DNA of 64,000 nucleotides from Escherichia phage vB_EcoM_DalCa, in sequence record NC_054908.1; one strand, 5' to 3'. The notes under the pieces were generated by a model. It was not told the origin of the DNA, did no database searches, and worked only from the letters and a program-made list of their open reading frames with translations. Below, piece by piece: positions 60,957 through 64,000 of the stretch (position 1 is the first letter of the stretch; the number at the start of each line of letters is the position of its first letter). Both the position numbers and the translations under genes were made by a program.

Positions 60957-61810
60957 TAGAATGCTCCTTGGAAAATATTATCACCACTACCACTAGTAAG
61001 TCTATTAAAATACCCTGCGTCGCCAGGCTTAATATAACTCCACGTATGGAATGGATGCATCTGATGTGAGTGTGTATAATATGGATGATATGGATTATAA
61101 GGATTAAATCCAGGAGTTCTCCAAGTAGTGTTCCAACGAAAAGAATCGTTTTTAATCATCTTCTCAATTACATCTTTTATAACTTTTTCACTATCAAAAC
61201 TTTCTTTATTTTCCTTCGATGGAAAAAGCTTATTCTCTACATCATTCCATGTATAAACTCGCTGTGCAGTTTTTGGAATACTGTCACGTTCCCCTCGAGC
61301 CATCCAATAAACAGGAACATTTAATATTTCACTCGCGTGATCGCAGTGGTGAGCGAGATCGTCAATATAACAAATTACGTTATATTTTTCTTTTGCCTTT
61401 TTGAACAACTCTTCTTTTGAAGAATCATGACCACACATCAGTACTTCTGAGAAGGCACCAGGAAAAAGAGCATTCAAATTAAATTGACGATTCAGCAGAG
61501 CGTCAATAGAATCACCCAATGCTGTAACAGCTACAAAATTATAATCTTCTTTTAATTTGTTAATTACACACAGAGCATCTTTATATGGAGACAAGTAACG
61601 AATAAAATCTGAACGATTGTATTTTTCAATTAGCTTGACGCCAAGTTCTTCGTCACAATTAAAGAGTTTACCTGGAGAAATAAATTTCTCATCCTGGATC
61701 ATTTTTAAAATATGTTCTAACGGAAGATTATATTTCTGAGCAAAATAAGGAAGACCTGATTGCCAGCTTAAACATACTCCATCAATATCAGTTAAAATAG
61801 TAGGCTTCAT
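60956..61810 (-). CDS. HAD-superfamily hydrolase-like protein
   Basis: 284 aa; motif I LTDIDGV near N-terminus; His/Tyr/Pro-rich C-terminal tail. Confidence 0.65.
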   Translation of the reverse strand: MKPTILTDIDGVCLSWQSGLPYFAQKYNLPLEHILKMIQDEKFISPGKLFNCDEELGVKLIEKYNRSDFIRYLSPYKDALCVINKLKEDYNFVAVTALGDSIDALLNRQFNLNALFPGAFSEVLMCGHDSSKEELFKKAKEKYNVICYIDDLAHHCDHASEILNVPVYWMARGERDSIPKTAQRVYTWNDVENKLFPSKENKESFDSEKVIKDVIEKMIKNDSFRWNTTWRTPGFNPYNPYHPYYTHSHQMHPFHTWSYIKPGDAGYFNRLTSGSGDNIFQGAF

Positions 61811-62271
61811 AGAGAGTCTCTTAATAGGTTTAACACATCAATAAATTCAGCTTCGGTTAGTATTGTATCATCTTTTGTTAGACCACTAGCCATGCTGTGC
61901 TTCAAAACTTTTCCTTTCGAGGCTTGTAATGCATCACGGAAGCCCTTGTTTTGGATCACTGCTTCAAAATATGCATTTGTGTATAATTCTTTCCACGCCG
62001 GGGAGTATCTTGAAAATGGAACTCCAAGCCAGAAGAGGGTCCCACGGTCCTGAGCTCTAGCATAAGACCTTCCAGCTTGTTGAGCGGCAAGCCCGGATAA
62101 CCCAAATATACGACGTTGTTGTTCAACGTTTTTTACCTTGCATCCTTGGAGGAATCCTTCAAGACCTCCAAATTGAATACCATCCATAACGAAAGGCCAT
62201 TGGGCGAAATTGCTTAATGCACATGATGGCCATCTAAAATTGCTTCTTATCTCTAGCTCAGACATTTTCAA
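61807..62271 (-). CDS. NADAR (YbiA/DUF1768-like) domain protein
   Basis: 154 aa; SNFAQWPF...DG...EGFLQGCK pattern matches YbiA core FSNFAAWP...DG...EHYFQAQK. Confidence 0.65.
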   Translation of the reverse strand: MKMSELEIRSNFRWPSCALSNFAQWPFVMDGIQFGGLEGFLQGCKVKNVEQQRRIFGLSGLAAQQAGRSYARAQDRGTLFWLGVPFSRYSPAWKELYTNAYFEAVIQNKGFRDALQASKGKVLKHSMASGLTKDDTILTEAEFIDVLNLLRDSL

Positions 62272-62464
62272 TACTTATAATTTCAACATCAGCCCAATGA
62301 CCATAGCAAGGAAGACGAAATTCAACTGGCCAGTTAGGGTCCTTTTCTAATATAATAGACTTAACTTGTGGTTCTTCATGTTCATCGGTATACGGACCTT
62401 TATACGTTACTTTATATGTGACCTTAATGTACTGAATTCCAAAAATCTTATTAATTATATTCAT
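62258..62464 (-). CDS. hypothetical protein (68 aa)
   Basis: ORF with overlapping junctions. Confidence 0.5.
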   Translation of the reverse strand: MNIINKIFGIQYIKVTYKVTYKGPYTDEHEEPQVKSIILEKDPNWPVEFRLPCYGHWADVEIISIENV

Positions 62465-62658
62465 ACTAATTCCTTTAATCCATAGATAGGAGATAATTCA
62501 TCACCCATACGAAGGTCTTCATTTCCATCTACCCAGGAAACAATATAAGCCTCTTTTATTTGAACGTCTCTCCATTTAAATGCAGGCAAAACCTTAGAAA
62601 TTAATCCAGGTATACCGACTCCCTTTAATTCAACAGTTTGACCCAAAAAGAATTTCAT
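62461..62658 (-). CDS. hypothetical protein (65 aa)
   Basis: ORF with overlapping junctions. Confidence 0.5.
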   Translation of the reverse strand: MKFFLGQTVELKGVGIPGLISKVLPAFKWRDVQIKEAYIVSWVDGNEDLRMGDELSPIYGLKELV

Positions 62659-62945
62659 TAGAACCTCATCTGAAATCCGTGCGATTTAACATTACCACCA
62701 CCAATGTCAGAAATATTAATTTCACTCGCAATTGAAGGGTCAATGTCAATTTCACGATTGAGTTTAATGATTGCTAGAGTATCACGTCCATTTACAGTAC
62801 GGAACTCTAAAGGACATACTACATTAACGTAGTTTTTAATCGATTCACTGGTAGGCTGCAAATGAGCAGGAAGGTCTTTAGGCGCCTTAGAGAAAACCAC
62901 TTCACAGAAATTTTTGCGGGTATCAAAATAAGTAGTCATAAACAT
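62658..62945 (-). CDS. hypothetical protein (95 aa)
   Basis: ATG at 62945 follows GAGGAAAAT RBS and the intercistronic hairpin; ORF-track start 62996 would translate through the hairpin. Confidence 0.55.
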   Translation of the reverse strand: MFMTTYFDTRKNFCEVVFSKAPKDLPAHLQPTSESIKNYVNVVCPLEFRTVNGRDTLAIIKLNREIDIDPSIASEINISDIGGGNVKSHGFQMRF

Positions 62946-62985
62946 AGTATTTTCCTCAGTAAGGGGCCGAAGCCCCTGTTTTATT

Positions 62986-63363
62986 TTAAATATCAAATTC
63001 GTTAAGAACTACATCAAAGATTGCTTCAAGATGCTCAGGTTTAGCTCTGTTACTCAGAATATGACGAATCCAAGTTTTAACCAGAAGCTTACGATTGACG
63101 CCATTCCAACAAGGATGAGTCCCTAAATCACGTTGACGAAAATCATCATCCAGAGCGATTTTAAAAGAAGAACCTTCTTTCGTGATTGAAACCGTAATGC
63201 CATTTTCAAATCGCATATAAACGTAGTTAGGAGTCATATACTGTTCAATTTCGCATACTGATCCATTTTGATGTTTCCAAAGGCAAATAGTATCAATAGA
63301 ACCTGCAATACCGTTAGAAACATATTTACGTTCAAAGTTAATGTAGTTCATTTTATTCTCCAA
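62986..63363 (-). CDS. hypothetical protein (125 aa)
   Basis: ORF on early strand. Confidence 0.6.
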   Translation of the reverse strand: MENKMNYINFERKYVSNGIAGSIDTICLWKHQNGSVCEIEQYMTPNYVYMRFENGITVSITKEGSSFKIALDDDFRQRDLGTHPCWNGVNRKLLVKTWIRHILSNRAKPEHLEAIFDVVLNEFDI

Positions 63364-63418
63364 GATGTTTAATTGCGGTACAGGTATATAATATCATATC
63401 CTGTACCAAAGTAAACAA

Positions 63419-63751
63419 TTATTTTACTAATTTCCAATGCTTCATGTCAAGTTTGCCAACTTTTTTCATCTTCTCAATTAAGCGTTCGGCACGCTGGCGA
63501 GCTGTAACATAATACCATTCACCCAATTCATTTTGTTCAATTTTTCCAACGATTACTGTATTCAATTCATAAATCCAACCAGTAAAGAAATTATGAACTT
63601 GAATTGTAAAGGTGAAATCTGTTCCCATACCTTCTGTTGTTTCTACTTCAACAATATCACCTTCAACTGCCATTAAGAACCACATAGTTTCATCATATTT
63701 ACCATTGAAGCATTTAGTTTTAACTGCAGCGTTCAGATTAATCGTTTTCAT
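63419..63751 (-). CDS. hypothetical protein (110 aa)
   Basis: ORF preceded by GGAG RBS and early promoter. Confidence 0.6.
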   Translation of the reverse strand: MKTINLNAAVKTKCFNGKYDETMWFLMAVEGDIVEVETTEGMGTDFTFTIQVHNFFTGWIYELNTVIVGKIEQNELGEWYYVTARQRAERLIEKMKKVGKLDMKHWKLVK

Positions 63752-63778
63752 TTTATTCTCCTTTGTTTGTGTAAGATA

Positions 63779-63808
63779 ATACTATCACAAAGGAACCATA
63801 CTGTAAAC
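63779..63808 (-). promoter_or_regulatory. early promoter (-35 GTTTAC, -10 TAGTAT)
   Basis: GTTTAC 63808-63803, 18-nt spacer, TAGTAT 63784-63779; shares GTAAACAACTTTGTG block with the ip-region promoters. Confidence 0.55.
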
Positions 63809-63825
63809 AACTTTGTGCAATCTTT

Positions 63826-63856
63826 GGAAAATAAAAAAGGACTCCCGAAGGAGTCC
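63826..63856 (-). terminator. intrinsic terminator (UUCG hairpin plus U-run)
   Basis: minus-strand GGACTCC-TTCG-GGAGTCC followed by TTTTTTATTTTCC, just after stop at 63864-63862. Confidence 0.7.
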
Positions 63857-63861
63857 TCAAC

Positions 63862-64000
63862 TTATGCTTTCTGCTTACCAAAACGAGAAGCATCATCTCG
63901 AAGAACCGCACGTGCTCGGCGCATGATCTTCTCAACAGTTTGATTGATACGAGAGTTCGACCCACGCTTGTAACCAGCGCGTTTAGAATCACCAACTTTC
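63862..64000 (-). CDS. 3' end of a basic small protein (partial; possibly rIII by position)
   Basis: frame ...KRGSNSRINQTVEKIMRRARAVLRDDASRFGKQKA-stop, ending before the terminator; the ORF-track frame 63753..63995 is a different frame. Confidence 0.45.
   Translation of the reverse strand, partial: KVGDSKRAGYKRGSNSRINQTVEKIMRRARAVLRDDASRFGKQKA

Noticed and set aside
63753-63995. 80-aa minus-strand ORF from the six-frame track
   Set aside because: It reads through an intrinsic terminator and an early promoter; a different frame (63862..64000) gives a plausible basic protein C-terminus ending before the terminator.

Overview
This window is a ~64 kb slice of a T4-like (Tequatrovirus-type) myovirus genome, close to but not identical with T4. 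Gene calls rest on ORF lengths, N-terminal sequences, motifs and synteny as recalled for T4; no database search was run. Layout: (1) a minus-strand early region (1-8.7 kb) with small hypothetical ORFs, an 11-tRNA array and promoter-flanked internal-protein (ip) cassettes, then genes 57B, 57A, 1, 3, 2, 4; (2) the plus-strand late block 53, 5, 5.1, 5.4, 6-12, wac, 13-20, 67, 68, 21-24; (3) rnlB, 24.2, 24.3, hoc, inh (minus), uvsW and uvsW.1 (plus), the uvsY block with 25 and 26 (minus), 51, 27, 28, 29, 48, 54 (plus); (4) two tandem Alt-like ADP-ribosyltransferases, DNA ligase (30) and the downstream small-gene block (minus). Late (TATAAATA), early (GTTTAC..TAnnAT) and one MotA-type middle promoter are readable, as are UUCG/GNRA hairpins. 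No seg/homing endonuclease genes, introns, CRISPR arrays or transposons were seen. I found no single clearly novel multi-gene system. The items most worth follow-up are: an in-frame TGA splitting rnlB; tandem Alt paralogs with divergent middle regions; at least four extra candidate capsid-packaged proteins carrying IPIII-type targeting sequences; a NADAR-domain gene beside a HAD-like gene downstream of ligase; an expanded tRNA set (His, Asn, Tyr added to the T4-type set); a perfect 48-bp tandem duplication inside wac; and a four-Ig-domain hoc.
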